From: Octopus vulgaris
Lineage: Eukaryota
Length of the DNA: 64,000 nucleotides
Assembly (NCBI GenBank): GCA_951406725.2
Contig: OX597820.1
Coordinates: 68,758,001 to 68,822,000, forward strand
Direction of reading: 5' to 3'
Positions within the stretch are counted from its first letter, which is position 1. The number at the start of each line of letters is the position of its first letter. A program made the position numbers and the translations under genes. Of this stretch, positions 13,718 through 27,828 are shown in pieces. Under the pieces are notes generated by a model that saw nothing but the letters and a program-made list of their open reading frames with translations, searched no databases and was not told the DNA's origin.

Positions 13718-15170
13718 TTGGCACAGAATTGTAAACAAGGACGAAAACTACAAAGATCCAAAATAACTGCAGAATTGAAAAAGCATTTTGGAGAATTCCC
13801 AAATTGGAAGAGCCCAGGACTGAATGGGGTCCAAGGCTACTGGATGAAGAAACTGAGAGGGATCCATGAAAGGATAGCGAAACAGCTAGATGAGTGCTTG
13901 CAGTCAGGCACTATACCTAGCTGGATGACAAAGGGAAATACATTATTAAGTGCCAAGGATCCCGTAAAGGGAAATATTGCATCTAACTTTCGATCAACAC
14001 CATGTCCTCCACTAATGTGGAAATTACTTTGGCCGGTGAACCGTATAGATACTTGGAAAAAAGTGGGCTGCTACCTATGAACAGAAAGGGTGCCGAAAGA
14101 TGTGACGAGGAACGAAGGATTAGCTCTTAATCGATAATCTAATTATCCGAAGCTGCAAGAGAAGACACACACACCTGAACATAGCAAGGGTTGCCTATCG
14201 AAAAGCATACGATATGATAGCACACTCCTGAATAATAAGAACAATGCAATTGTATGGAATCCAGGAAAACATGAGAAGCCTTATATGGAACAGTATGAAA
14301 TGGTGGAGAACGGAATTGGCAGCAAGGAATCAAGTATTAGGAGAGGTGAAAATCAAGAGAGGAATCTTCCAGGAGTACAGTGTGTCCCCATTGATCTTTG
14401 TTCTGAGAATCATTCCCTTGAATGAAATACTACAGAAAAAAATTTGAGGTATGACCTGCGAAGACGTAAAGGAAAACTGAAACACTTGCTATTCATGGAC
14501 GACTTGAAGTTATTTACAAAAGACTGGGGCAGAACTAAACAACCTAGTCTAGTGTGTGCAGATTTTCTCCAGTGATATTAAGATGAGGTTTGGTCTCTCA
14601 AAATGTGCTGCGATGGTGATGAGGCAAGGAAAGCGTATTAGGACAGAAGGCATATCGATAATAAGTGTTGAAATGGTGAAGGCAATTCAACCAGAATCCA
14701 GTTATAAATACCTGGGAATGCATGAGTCAGATGGAATTAAACAAAGCGACATGAAGGAAAAGACAAAAACAAAGTATCTGCGGCAAATGAGAAAAATACT
14801 GGCTTCAACGCTGAATGCCAGGAACATAATTTCAGAAATAAACTCGCACGCAGTCGAAGTAGTACGGTATGGATCTGGAATCCTGAAGTGGACAGAAGAG
14901 GAGCTAGAGGAGATGGACAGGTAGTCAAGAAAGTTCCTAACGATGCATGGAACCCATCATCCACGTGCAAACCCTGATCACCTATACATGAAGAAAGTAA
15001 CTGAAGGGGAGTGATAAGTATGGAAGACTGTGTACGAATCAAACTAGAGAGATTAATGAGATACCTATCCCAAAGTAATGAAACAAGGGAGTATTGAAAG
15101 CTGACAAAAAAAGGAAAAACGAAGGAAGAAGTACAAAAAGCGCACGAAGAATAAACAACTAGTATGAATA
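13718..15170 (+). pseudogene. Degenerate reverse transcriptase of an R4/Dong-like LINE
   Basis: PNWKSPGLNGVQGYWMK, NFR..C...MWKL, EQKGCRK, YRKAYDM, IKRGIFQ..SVSPLIF, HLLFMDDLKLF (FMDD at 14492-14503), FGLSKCA, YKYLG, KWTEEELEEMDR; many stops and frameshifts. Confidence 0.92.
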
Positions 15171-15225
15171 AACTAACTGTAAATAAACATAGTTTTTGAA
15201 CGTTAAAATCCTTCAAACACCTTAT

Positions 15226-15290
<65 letters not shown>

Positions 15291-15295
15291 AATCA

Positions 15296-15360
<65 letters not shown>

Positions 15361-15406
15361 CATACATATATACATACATACGTACATACATACATACATA
15401 CATACA

Positions 15407-15473
<67 letters not shown>

Positions 15474-15474
<1 letters not shown>

Positions 15475-15587
15475 AGTCACAAGGCTTTGGTCGGCCTGAG
15501 GCTATAGTAGAAGACACTTGCCCACGGTGCCACGCAGTGGGACTGAACCTGGAACAATGTGGTTGGTAAGCAAGCTACTTACCACAC
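15474..15587 (-). mobile_element. SINE family A, 5' portion
   Basis: GTGTGGTAAGTAGCTTGCTTACCAACCAC..GGTTCAGTCCCACTGCGTGGCACC-TGGGCAAGTG on the minus strand. Confidence 0.85.
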
Positions 15588-15744
15588 GAAACATTATAAG
15601 CATCATAAACAAAAACACACAGACAATTTATAAACAGTTTAAAGAACTAAAAAAAATGTAGTATGGAAATAGGCAAGATCTAAAGGTGAAAAGTTGTTAA
15701 ATCGTGCGCCGTTGATATCGTTATATAAATCATCATTTCCAACG

Positions 15745-16175
15745 CGGCGAGGTGGCAGAAACGTTAGCACGCCGGGCGAAATGCTTAGCGGTATTTCGTC
15801 TGCGTTACGTTGTGAGTTCAAATTCCGCCGAGGTCGACTTTGCCTTTCATCCTTTCGGGGTCGATAAATTAAATACCAGTTGCGCACTGGAGTCGATGTA
15901 ATCGACTTAATACCTATGTCTGTCCTTGTTTGTCCCCTCTGTTTTTAGCCCCTTGTGGGTAATAAAGAAATAGGTATTTCGTTTCTCGTTACGTTCTGAG
16001 TTCGAATTCCACCGAGGTCTTTCATCCTTTCGGGGTCGATAAATAAAGTTTCGCACTGGGGTCGATGTAATCGACTTAATCCGCTTGTCTGTCCTTGTTT
16101 GTCCCCTCTATGTTTAGTCCCTTGTGGGTAGCAGTGATTTCTCTGTGTTTAGCCCCCTGTGAGCAGTAAAGAAAT
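15745..16175 (+). mobile_element. SINE family B with tandemly duplicated body
   Basis: Head GGCGAGGTGGCAGAAACGTTAGCACGCCGGGCG, B-box GAGTTCAAATTCC, central GCCTTTCATCCTTTCGGGGTCGATAAA (resembles the MetaSINE/Sauria-type domain); body repeated from ~15974. Confidence 0.85.
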
Positions 16176-16627
16176 ATATATAAATCATTTGCTGCTGACA
16201 ACTTACCGCGGAAACGTCGCACCAGCTTCATCATTTCGACCAGAATATGAGAACAACATGTTTATCGAAATCTTTAGATTGATAATTATTCTGCCAATCT
16301 GCAAGACAGGTTTCTTTCAGTTTCCGTCTACGAAGCTACAGTAGAAGAGACTTGCTCAAGGTGCAGCGCAGTGGAACTCGACTTGAGAACATACAGTTGG
16401 CTTACCGACTTCATACCACACAGCCAAACACGTGCACATCTTATACATAACAAGCATGTTTTGATCCCTTGTGTGTGTGTGTGTGTGTGTGCATGCACAC
16501 ACATACACAAGGAATCAAAACACACACATATACAGTTATAAATTTACGTGTATGTGTGCGAGTGCGTTAGTGTAGGATAGTCACTGTATTAGTTTGTATA
16601 AGAAATAATATTTTGTATACATAGTAA

Positions 16628-16719
<92 letters not shown>

Positions 16720-16731
16720 TGTCTATCTATA

Positions 16732-16762
<31 letters not shown>

Positions 16763-16837
16763 ACGCATGTATGTATGCATGTGTAACTTATATATATATA
16801 TATGCATATATATGTACTTATACAAACTTACATGTAT

Positions 16838-16898
<61 letters not shown>

Positions 16899-17610
16899 AA
16901 AAGCACTCATTTGTGCATATATACATATATAAATATATTTATATTTGTATATATACAAATGCGAATATACATATAATGTATGACTTTGTATATGTATATG
17001 TATATATATATATATATACACATATACATGGATGTGTATATAAATTTCATTTTAGATTATTAATATAAGAAACGAGAATAAAATTTTATTAAAAATATCA
17101 GCATTTAAGGAATGGTTAAATATATATTATTAAGTTTAGTCATGTGTTAAAAATTAATATGGGAGATTTAATTTGACTTTTTGCGAAATATATATTAAAA
17201 AATCCTACAACTTATATAAGTGATAAGTCATGACTACATAGTAAATTCTACGTTGTTGATCTGTGAATTACAAATTCCAACAGTATCACAGGACGTCCAT
17301 CTTATCAGAGGACGTTACATTCTATTATTGATATACTACATTTGAAAGAAGAAACATAGATATGGTTGGAAATGCATGGTTTATTGGTTCGTTAGATGAA
17401 CAAATATTGGCTGACAAAGAAAGGAAATTTTAATTATCCTGGTGACATAATAATGATTTCTTTTATCGGACACAAGGGTCCAAGGCATGAAGGACAATAC
17501 AAAAGGACTAGATACTAGGAACACGCAGGTACATCGATCAAGGGGGACTCTACAGCATTAAGGCTATAACAAAGGGATATAAAAATAGTAATTAGAAATG
17601 GTTAACTATA

Positions 17611-17743
17611 GGCGCAGGAGTGGCTGAGTGGTAAGTAGCTTGCTTACCAACCACATGGTTCTGGGTTCAGTCCCACTATAGCCTCCGGCCGACCAAAGCA
17701 TTTTGAGTGGATTTGGTAGACGGAAACTGAAAGAAGCTCGTCG

Positions 17744-17796
<53 letters not shown>

Positions 17797-17999
17797 TTGT
17801 GTGTCTGTGTTTGTCCCCCCAGTATCACTTGACAATTGATGCTGGTGTGTTTACGTCCCCGTAACTTACCGATTTGGCAAAAGAGACCAATAGAATAAGT
17901 ACCAGGCTTACAAAGAATAAGTTCTGGTGTCGATTTGTTCGCCTAAAATGGCGGTGCTGCAGCATGACCGCAGTCAAATGACAGAAACAAGTTAAAGAG
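17611..17999 (+). mobile_element. SINE family A, both ends present, internal ~30-bp deletion
   Basis: GGCGCAGGAGTGGCTGAGTGGTAAG...GGGTTCAGTCCCACT|ATAGCC...GCAGTCAAATGACAGAAACAAG; lacks the GGCACCTTGGGCAAGTG block seen in other copies. Confidence 0.9.
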
Positions 18000-18039
18000 T
18001 AATTAATAAATAGAATCCCCAATATCTGGGTGGCCTACA

Positions 18040-18475
18040 TAGGGTGATTTGGGGTGACCCCTAAATAAACAAATCTCTGATTACTGTGACATTCCTAAAG
18101 TATGGGAAGAGCCATCTTCCATGTTCATTCCTCCTACTTAGAAAAGCATACTCAGAGTAAATCCATCTAGCCTCATCAGTGTTACCCCTCTCGTTCACCT
18201 TCTTCACCTTCACCTTCCTCTTCAAATGAAATTTGAAGAAATTGATGAGATCATGGCCGGACAGGAAAGTGCATGTCTTCAAATCTTGCAGAAATTTTGA
18301 CCACATATCTTCTGTTGTCACAATCACTAAGCAGAGAAACAGCTGTTACATTTTCCTACCGAAGGATGGTGGTGCATCGATCTACTCTATACGCTCGGCG
18401 AACAACTGGATTCATCTTACAGGAAATAACAGCTATTCACAACCTTATGAGTGTGGGCCCGACGCTCTGCACTGA
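18040..18475 (-). mobile_element. Probable Tx1/L1-like LINE ORF2 C-terminal remnant
   Basis: Minus frame ..DAPPSFG..LFLCLVIVTTEDMWSKFLQDLKTCTFLSGHDLINFFKFHLKRKVKV with stops; resembles the post-zinc-finger tail of Tx1 ORF2 (recalled, not searched). Confidence 0.45.
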
Positions 18476-18497
18476 GTCATGCGATATGTGTGTGTGC

Positions 18498-18555
<58 letters not shown>

Positions 18556-18798
18556 ATGAGTGCGTGTGTGTGCGTGTAGTAAGAGGAGGCATGTACTATC
18601 CAGGTAGATACCGAATTTCTTTACGTAAAATGCAAAGGATTTTTCCTCCAGATGGTAAATTTTCTTTAACTCCCATCTCATGTGACACTTTTCCTTTGCC
18701 TACTTAGCGTGTAATGTACAATATTGATAAGAAAGAGAACGAAGAATTTGAATATTCAAACTTTATGTTAATTTGCAGTTGGTTTATTTATAATAATT

Positions 18799-18900
18799 CT
18801 CCGACACGTGTTTCGTTCGCATTAATTACATATTGTTGCATATTTATACCATATTTATATGCAGCGATTTATGCAATATAAGTAGGATCTCTTCTGAGTG
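18799..18900 (-). ncRNA. Degenerate type I hammerhead relic with long stem II
   Basis: Minus: CACU-CAGAAGA-GAUC...UGCAUAU/AUAUGCA...GAAC-GAAAC-ACGU-GUC-GGAG, then AATAAA. Palindromic stem III and GUC site intact; core has U4->A. Confidence 0.45.
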
Positions 18901-18926
18901 TCTAAATATTTCCTTCGGTATTAGTT

Positions 18927-18989
<63 letters not shown>

Positions 18990-19171
18990 TGTATATACAC
19001 TTTTCAATGAATCATCTTTTATTTTTATCAGTCTGGGACACCACCTTTAAAGATTTAGTTCAGTAAATTGTCGCAAGCTCTTAATAATTTTTTTGAAGTC
19101 TGCTAAGTGAAGAGGACGTAAACATACCAACTCCGGTTTTCAAGTGGCAGAACTGGCCAAGCACAGACAGA

Positions 19172-19236
<65 letters not shown>

Positions 19237-19863
19237 ATTTGTGTGTGTGTGTGTGTGTGCATACAGGTGTGTGAGAATGTATATGTGTGTGTGTGTGCGC
19301 GCGCGTGTGCGTCTGCGTACATAGGATGGGCGTCCACGCGGTTTTCGTCCATGAATTTGCCCTATACAGCATTGCTTGGCCAGGAGCTTTAGTAGAAGAC
19401 TAGCTGAAAGTACCATAGAGTGGAAGCGAGCCCTAAACCAAGGTTTCATCCTAAGTTTCTTAACCACACAGTCACGTTTTCTGTTACATGAATAATTAAA
19501 TACAGCGAATAATAAACCCACACACAAACACGCACGCATACACACATACATGTACAAACGTGCACACACACACACACACACATATATATAGTCATACACC
19601 CATATGCAACGATACATAGACAAATAGACACAGACACACATATCTATGAATGTATGTATTAGTATATGAGTACGTTTGTCTGTGCGCGTGTGTGTGATTG
19701 ATTTCATATTAAATTAGATTCAAGAAAAACACATTCATCCCAGAATATTTCTTGTAAAACTAATTATGTGCAACGGTATGCATTCTATATATATATATAT
19801 ACATGTGTGTACATATATATATATATATTTACATGTGTGTGTACATATATATATTTACATATG

Positions 19864-19916
<53 letters not shown>

Positions 19917-20747
19917 GCATATTCAAACTTTTATATACATATATACACACATATATATATATACATATATATATATATACATGTACATATGTCTGTATAC
20001 ATAAATTTATATGTATACGTATATATATGTGTGTGTATAATGATTCCTATTATTTATCATAGAACATACGTCTAAAATTCAACTGCTGTGAATATTTTCC
20101 TCTCTAACAATGCTCCGATGAGACAATAAGTACAAGTCTAGAGATTCACATTTGACTATAAATTCGTCAATGTTGTGAGGGTATCTGAAGATGACAATTT
20201 TGTTAGGTATTTCGCTTAGGGCTATTCTTCAAAATTTTTTTCTCGTATATATATATATATATGGTATTCAGATAAAATAAATGAATGTAAGCAGTAATTC
20301 TTTGTTCGATTGGAACCTACGAAAGCTAAACGAAAAATAACTTTCACTCTATATGGATGTACACTTCAAGATACATATTTTTATGAATGCGAATATTTGA
20401 ATCTGCCATCTTATTTATTAGCAAATGCGTGTTCTGTGTTATATGGAATTTAGATGTAAGATTGGCTCAAGTGTAAATGCGTAAAAATATTTAAGGTGTA
20501 AATTCATAGGAATGTGAAGATATATGTGTTTTGCTTAATTGTGCATCCGCGTGCATGTGTGTGTGTGTGTATGTGAGTGTGTATGCACATGCACGTGCAT
20601 GTATGTGCAGGTTGGGTATATGTGTTCGCGTATTTGTACTATGATGTGTTTGTCTAATAGCCATATATTCCAGAGCAAATTTGATTAAAATGCTTATAAG
20701 CATTGAGACACAAAAGTGCAATAGGCATGTGGATGATTACATACACA

Positions 20748-20783
<36 letters not shown>

Positions 20784-21082
20784 TACACACATACACACAT
20801 ACACACACACACGTGAAGAGAAACGCATGCACACACGATATATAAATTTACAAATATTATAAATATACACAATATATTAACACGTATAGATATAAATATT
20901 GATATAGATGTATGTTTGCATGTATCCATATATCTATATACATATTTGTATATATATATATATATATATATATATAAGCTTGATTGAATTCAAATTGAAT
21001 ATGAATATGTAGGAATGATATGTGTGGAGAAGATGTGTATGGTGAAGTGAGTGAGTAAACAATTATTTGTTTATAGATAGAC

Positions 21083-21153
<71 letters not shown>

Positions 21154-22159
21154 ATGTGTTTGTGCGTGTGTGTGTGTAGTGAGCGAGAGAGAGAGAGAGA
21201 GAGAGAGAAGAGTGAAAGTGAGAGATGCATAGATTGATGGATTATGTTCTGTAATGCAGATAATTCGTATTATTACAACATTGGTTTCTAAGCGAATTAG
21301 GATGTTTAGCTGCGAGTAATCATTTGGACTTGAAAACATTATGTAATATAATTTTGCAGATGACAATTTGTGTTCAAAACTATCGACCATTCAGTGACAT
21401 GATTTGAAACAATGAGGCGATACTCCTGCATTGCTTCGGCCATAGTAGTTAGAATACACTAACTACATACCGCTTGTTGAGTTACTGCAGTTGTTGATTG
21501 TACCCTGCTGTGTTTGCATTTCATCCTCTGTCCCTAATTTTCCTTAATGTTTGATAAACTGCTTCTCTTTACCTTTTAACCAGTGCACCTTAATAGCTCT
21601 TTCACAGGTAATTTATCATCCACCTGATTCATATACATACATATATACAAAATACATACATGCATACTTATGTGTATGTGTGTATATTCACACATATATA
21701 TATGTATACACACACACATATATATATGTATATATATGTATATGAATGAATATATATGCGTATATATATATGTATATATATATATATATATCTATACAAT
21801 ATCGAGTAATGTAACATATTGTATAGATAAATTTCCTCTATTTACATAATATTGAGGTCTCTTTCTTTCTTTTGTTATCTTACCGTTTTATCAATATATA
21901 TATATATATATATATATCAATATCTATCTATCTATCTATCTATATATATATATATATATATATATGTACGTGTGTGTGCATTTGTATGCATGTATGTAAA
22001 TGTATGTATGTATGTATGTTTGTATGTATGTGTGTATGTATGTATGTTTGTATGTATGTGTGTATGTATGTATGTGTGTGTGTGTGTCTATGTGTCTATG
22101 GATATGCCTTCGTAGAGAAGTTCATATTAAAAGGCTAAATGACTTCCCATTTCTATCTC

Positions 22160-22615
22160 GGAAGGGGGTAGAATTGAGTCTCATTAGTCACAATTCCTAT
22201 ACAGAGTTAATCAAGTTTTAAAGTTCCCTACAACCCTAAACATGTACGAATACATGGCCCCAGTCCTTAAATGGTTCAACAATGTTATTAATAAAGATAA
22301 ATATAAATGCATTCATTTCAACATTATCAGTTTCCAGTCATCAAAACGTAACGACATCTTTGATAACGCACTGCAATGCGCCTCGAAGCACGCCACCATT
22401 GCACTAGATAAACTAAAGACCATAATGCTTCTTAAAAGAACATTTTCGATTTTGCAGGGAGAAATCTTTCGTACGAAACTCAGAATTTTCATATCGTAAT
22501 AGTTGAATAGGATCTGGGATCTGATTAGCGCATTCCTCATTAATGAAGTAGAAAACACTCAAGCACCTCAAACCTCTGTGAGACTTTGTAGGGATCACAT
22601 AGGGAGATGCTTAGA
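22160..22615 (+). pseudogene. Highly degenerate Penelope-like reverse transcriptase
   Basis: VLKWFNNVINKDKYKCIHFNIISFQSS..DNALQCASKHATI..TIMLLKRTF and IWDLISAFLINE..VRLCRDHIG match the PLE pattern VI.WF..I.NK...FI.FDI..FYPSI / IC.LVG.FIL / GLYRDDG. Confidence 0.7.
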
Positions 22616-22876
22616 CGAATATTCTATATAAATATCACATAAAAATAACAATAAAATTAAATATTTCATGGCTACGTTTTCCGAACTCGTTACAGTTCAA
22701 AGCCAGTCGAGTACGCAGGATGACCTGTAAACGATTAATGTTTTTGCTGCTATAATTGATGTTTCTTACACCAAGGTTAACCATGATTAAACAGTGTTAT
22801 GATCAAAGGCGTTTAGCTTTGATTATTTCGCCAGTTTACATATGCAGGACAGTATAACTTCTTATTAATAGCTATT

Positions 22877-22909
<33 letters not shown>

Positions 22910-23079
22910 GTTCTTTCTCGAGTCATGCCTAGATCATAAGGGCCGGTGTCCCGGTTTCTTTGGCGTATAGGTTCCACACCTGGAGGGGACGCCAGTCCGT
23001 CGTAGGTGAGCTGCAAGATGCATGAGGAAAGAGTGAGAGAAAATTGTGGTGAAAGAGTCGGCAGAAGTTCACCATTTCC

Positions 23080-23084
<5 letters not shown>
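22877..23084 (-). mobile_element. SINE family C, 3' half with (CAA)n tail
   Basis: Homologous to part of 38549-38748 (TGCATCTTG-AGCTCAC); continues ACGACGGACTGGCGTCCCC-CCAGGTG...CTCGAGAAAGAACAAACAACAAC. Confidence 0.8.
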
Positions 23085-23125
<41 letters not shown>

Positions 23126-23552
23126 GTGTGTCTAGTATGACTGTTAATAATGACAGAAAGCGAATGTAGAATTCACTAAGAAAAAATGTAATAAATGTTC
23201 GAGGTAATCGAGACAGCCATGCTGAGATAAGGGCGGCATCAGTTTAAAACGTAGAAGAGATCAAATAGAGATGACTGCAACATTTCGGATTGAAGAATTT
23301 CATCGAAAACAAAAAGAAATAAAGAAATAAAAGATAAAAATATAATAAGAGAAAGAAAGAAAAGATTAGCCGAGAAATTAGTGAAATGGAAACATGTCTT
23401 AAATAGTTCACTAAAAGGTGAGGTGTTAACAGTAATGCGCTATGCTTTATTATATTTCATGCTGTTTTGCTTTTGATTAATACACTGTATTTCACTGAAG
23501 TACTTCCATCTGCAACGCTCCAAGATTTAAGTTAATAAAATTCTTTTCGAAA

Positions 23553-24335
23553 GGCGGCGAGCTTGCAGAAACGTTAGCACGCCGGGTGAATGCGTAGCCG
23601 TATTTCGTCTGCCGTTACGTTCTGAGTTCAAATTCCGCCGAAGCCAACTTTGCCTTTCATCCTTTCGGGGTTGATTATATAAGTACCAGTTACGCACTGG
23701 GGTCGATATAATCGACTTAATCCGTTTGTCTGTCCTTGTTTGTCCTCTCTGTGTTTAGCCCCTTGTGGGTAGTAATGAAATAGGTATTTCGTCTGTCTTT
23801 ATGTTTTGAGTTCAGATTCCGCCGAGGTCGACTTTGCCTTTCATCCTTTCGGGGCCCATGAATTAAGTACCAGTTACGCACTGGGGTCGATGTAATCGAC
23901 TTAATATCTTTGTCTGTCCTTGTTTGTCTCTCTTTGTTTAGCCCCTTGTGGATAGTAAAGAAATAGGTATTTCGTCTTTCTTTACATTCTGAGTTCAGAT
24001 TCCGCCGAGGTCGACTTTGCCTTTCATCCTTTCGGGGTCGATGAATTAAGTACCAGTTACGCACTGGGCTCGATGCAATTGACTTAATACCTTTGTCTGT
24101 CCTTGTTTGTTCCCTCTGTGGTTAGCCCCTTGTGGGCAATAAAAAATAAGAAACGTTAGCACGCCGGGCGAAATGCTTTGCGATATTTTGTCTGTTTTCA
24201 AATTCCGCCGAGGTCGATTTACCTTTCATCCTTTCGTAGCTCAATAAATTAAATACCAATTGCATATTGGTGTCGATCAAATGTACTGGTCCCCTCCTCC
24301 AAAATTTAGGCCGTGTGCCTAGATTACAAAAGAAT
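23553..24335 (+). mobile_element. Multimeric SINE family B array
   Basis: Head at 23553; body units start at ~23600, 23784 and 23967 (periods 184 and 183 bp); a second head at ~24150 has a different 3' tail. Confidence 0.9.
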
Positions 24336-25419
24336 AAAGTCCTTATCGAAATGATGTTGTCTCAACGTTGTTTTGACTTTTTAGGTCTTTTAATTTGGAT
24401 GGTCAAAGTTGGGATGACGCTTTGGTCTGGGATAAACTCGGCTATACGTTCTTCAACAGACGTGGCATAAGATTATTTTAGCTGAATTTTAAACTTCTCC
24501 CGCCTCCTTCAATATTTGCTATACATTCACACATTCATAGATAGATAGATAAAAATATGTGTGTAACGAGAGAGCGACAACCTGGGAAAGATTTCATCAT
24601 TTTATTATTTTTATTTTAACCACAAGACGAATTATACCTGATTCAGTTATTTTGTTGGTTTGTTGTGTATTTCACTTTCTTTACTTCAAGAACATTCTTG
24701 CAGTGGAGAAGTTATGCTTTAACTTGTAATTGAACAGATTTAATTTAACCATCTATGTGGATGCAATCATCAAGATTAAATTAAGTTTTTTACTTGCTCC
24801 ACAAAAATTTTCAAAATTCTTTCCAATGTGTAGAAAAATATTTTCCCTTCTCATCAAAAGGAAAAAAAAAATCTTCACTATATTTAGATTCATGTCTCTT
24901 AAATAAATTTAAGTTCTGTGAATTTGATCCAACTTTATTTGTTATTTACCCTTTTGCTTTCACGTTTTATTCCTATTGTACTATGCTATAGAAATTTCCA
25001 AGCGTTTGCGACACATTATTTAACGGATAAACATTTTAGCTATGTTTAAATGAGAATTAACAGGGAATTAACAGTTTTTCGGCGCCGTGCTACTAACAAT
25101 CGTTATCATTCTTTGTTTCTCTTTCGGTAATCTTTTTTATTCCTTGAACTAATTCTTCTAAGCAAGATATGGGCTTCTTGTGAGGAGGAATCTGCAATAC
25201 GGTTTCGAATTTCAGCCGCAATGATTACCAAACAGAATAACTAATCACCTTTATAATAATATGCCACAATAGCAGTCGTAACGGTACTAAACTAGAGCCG
25301 TTGCCAGTATATAAAATCGTTAAGCATCAAAACTAAACCATTATAGTTCAATTTAAATTACATACTGATGTTCGCATTCTCTTTCCATTTGTATTTCTTT
25401 AATTTAAAGCGCACAGTTG

Positions 25420-25780
25420 TGGGGTTAGGAAGCTAGTTCTACAATAACGTGCTTTCTCGTCAGTCCACTACGCTGCACCTTGGGTAAGACTCTTCAATTC
25501 ATGTCCCAGGTCGACTAATGCCTTACGAGTAAATATGAAAGAAGGAAATTGTGTGGAAGCCTCCTCACATACATGTACACACACATACACACAAATACGC
25601 GCATGTGTCACATCAATGTGAAAATGCCTTTGTGTCTATGTTTGTCCACCACTCCCTTTGCTTGTTAACTGGTGTTGCTTTATTTACGTTCCCGTAAGAT
25701 AGTGGTTCGGCAAAAGAGACCGATAAAATAAGTACAAAACTTAAAAGCACATAAATATGTGTGTCAATTTGTTCGACTAA
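25420..25780 (+). mobile_element. Old diverged SINE family A copy
   Basis: GCACCTTGGGTAAG, TTTACGTTCCCGTAA, GGTTCGGCAAAAGAGACCGATAAAATAAGTAC, TTGTTCGACTAAA. Further partial copies at 26160-26315, 27838-27940 and 59960-60100 (minus). Confidence 0.7.
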
Positions 25781-27371
25781 AGGGTCAAATTTATATCATA
25801 ATATACACGGGTTCCATTCAGACATAAAATGCCACGATACAGTACAACCTGCTATGTCGCTTTCTACAAAATATATGGTGTTTGTGCGTTAGAAGTATTT
25901 GAATGTAGCTTTTGCTTCTCTGCATATAATTATGTGAATGCCTATTGCTACACATTACAAAAGTGAGGGCTTAATGTTAAGAAAATATGATAAAATTTTC
26001 TTCTAAAAAGCTTTCAAATTTGAATTTCCGAAGTTTGTAGAGAAGGAAGATTGCATTATCAACCACAGGTAGATGACATTCAAATATGGTGAACTCAGAA
26101 AAACACATAAAGGCACAGACAGATAATATATCTACAAAGTTCTTTGATTAATTAACCAAGGCTATATGGCTAAGAAGCTCGCTTTGAAACGACGAGGTGT
26201 TGGGTTCAGTTCCCTTCCGCGGCACATGGGGCAAGTGTCTTTAACAATAGCCCCAGTCCAACAAATGCATTCAGAATGAATTTGGTAGATGGAAAATATG
26301 CGGAAGTCCGTCCTATACATACCGTATATTCCTATATATGCCGTGTATTCATTAGAGTATGTGTGCGCCCAAGTACATTTAATTTATATAATGATACGAA
26401 GAAAAAGACCTGGCAATAATTTGTATAGTAACAACATAATGTTGGCTATAAGTAAGTGAATAAATGAATAAATATGTTTATTCACTCATATCAGTATTTT
26501 TGCTCTTTTTTCCCAAATTATGTTCACCATGTAGAGAAAGAGATATTAGCGGGTTCTTATGTATGTGTACTTAGCTACAAAGCTGATTAATCTCATTTAC
26601 TTCACACTATGCAGAAATTTTGTCACTGAAACTAATTTAGCAGCAAAACTATATACATACGGATATGACTCTGTATGCTTATTAATTCATTTTCTTTCTT
26701 CTATGTAGCATAATTGTTCCCAAATTATTTTTGCTCATGAAAACTTTGAATACCATCAATCTTTCCGGAATTGTTATGTATTGTGCAATTCTCAACATGA
26801 CTATTGAAATAGCAACAGTAAATTGTATGGGTTTTTCGACTTCTGTAATTTATTTTACTGTAATTGTTATCACATTGAGAATATTTCCTAATTTTATGAA
26901 GCGAAATGGAGAAATGATCATGAGAAACGATATCAACAAGGAGGGTACCAACGAAAATTCTGTAATGTTGTTGAATATAAATTTGCAGATTTTGCCAAAA
27001 TCCTCGCAAAATGTTACGGCGTGTTATCAATTACGTTGTCAGCGACGTCTAGAGTTATACACCCCGCTGCTAATCTATCCAGGACAATCTGCAACTGAGA
27101 CTTTACATCTTAGAAACTGGCAGCGGTAAATTTCGCTTCGGTGTAACATGATCGAGTCTTTCGCCAGAGTCAGCTACCATCATATGTTGGCTTTCTTACA
27201 CAAATCTCTCTTTTCTTGGATAGTTTCTAAATGTGGCATCTTACTTCTTTTGTGAAGTGGAATCTTTTAGTTTATAAAACCGTATGGCCACCTGTAATAG
27301 CTGTTTTGAAAAACATTCTGTTAATAAAGAACGCTTTATCTTATGAAGTCTGTTGGTTTTCGTTTCACTAT

Positions 27372-27410
<39 letters not shown>

Positions 27411-27572
27411 TTTCACTTCTATTACATTCAATATGATATATTTATATATGTATATGTATTTACATGTATGTATACATATATATGTGTATATATATGTTTA
27501 TATATATAGGTCTACATATATTTATGAATGTATGTATATGCGCATATATATATATGTATATATATATGTAGA

Positions 27573-27603
<31 letters not shown>

Positions 27604-27760
27604 GCATAAATATGTATGTAGGCATAAATATATATGTATATATGTATATATATATTTATATATATATATATATATACATATATATATAGTATATGTATAC
27701 ATATATATATATATGTATATATATGTATATATATATATGTATATATACATATATACATAT

Positions 27761-27828
<68 letters not shown>

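Noticed and set aside
23600-24150. Regularly spaced repeats suggestive of a CRISPR array
   Set aside because: Units are whole ~184-bp SINE bodies with no unique spacers; eukaryotic context and no cas genes.
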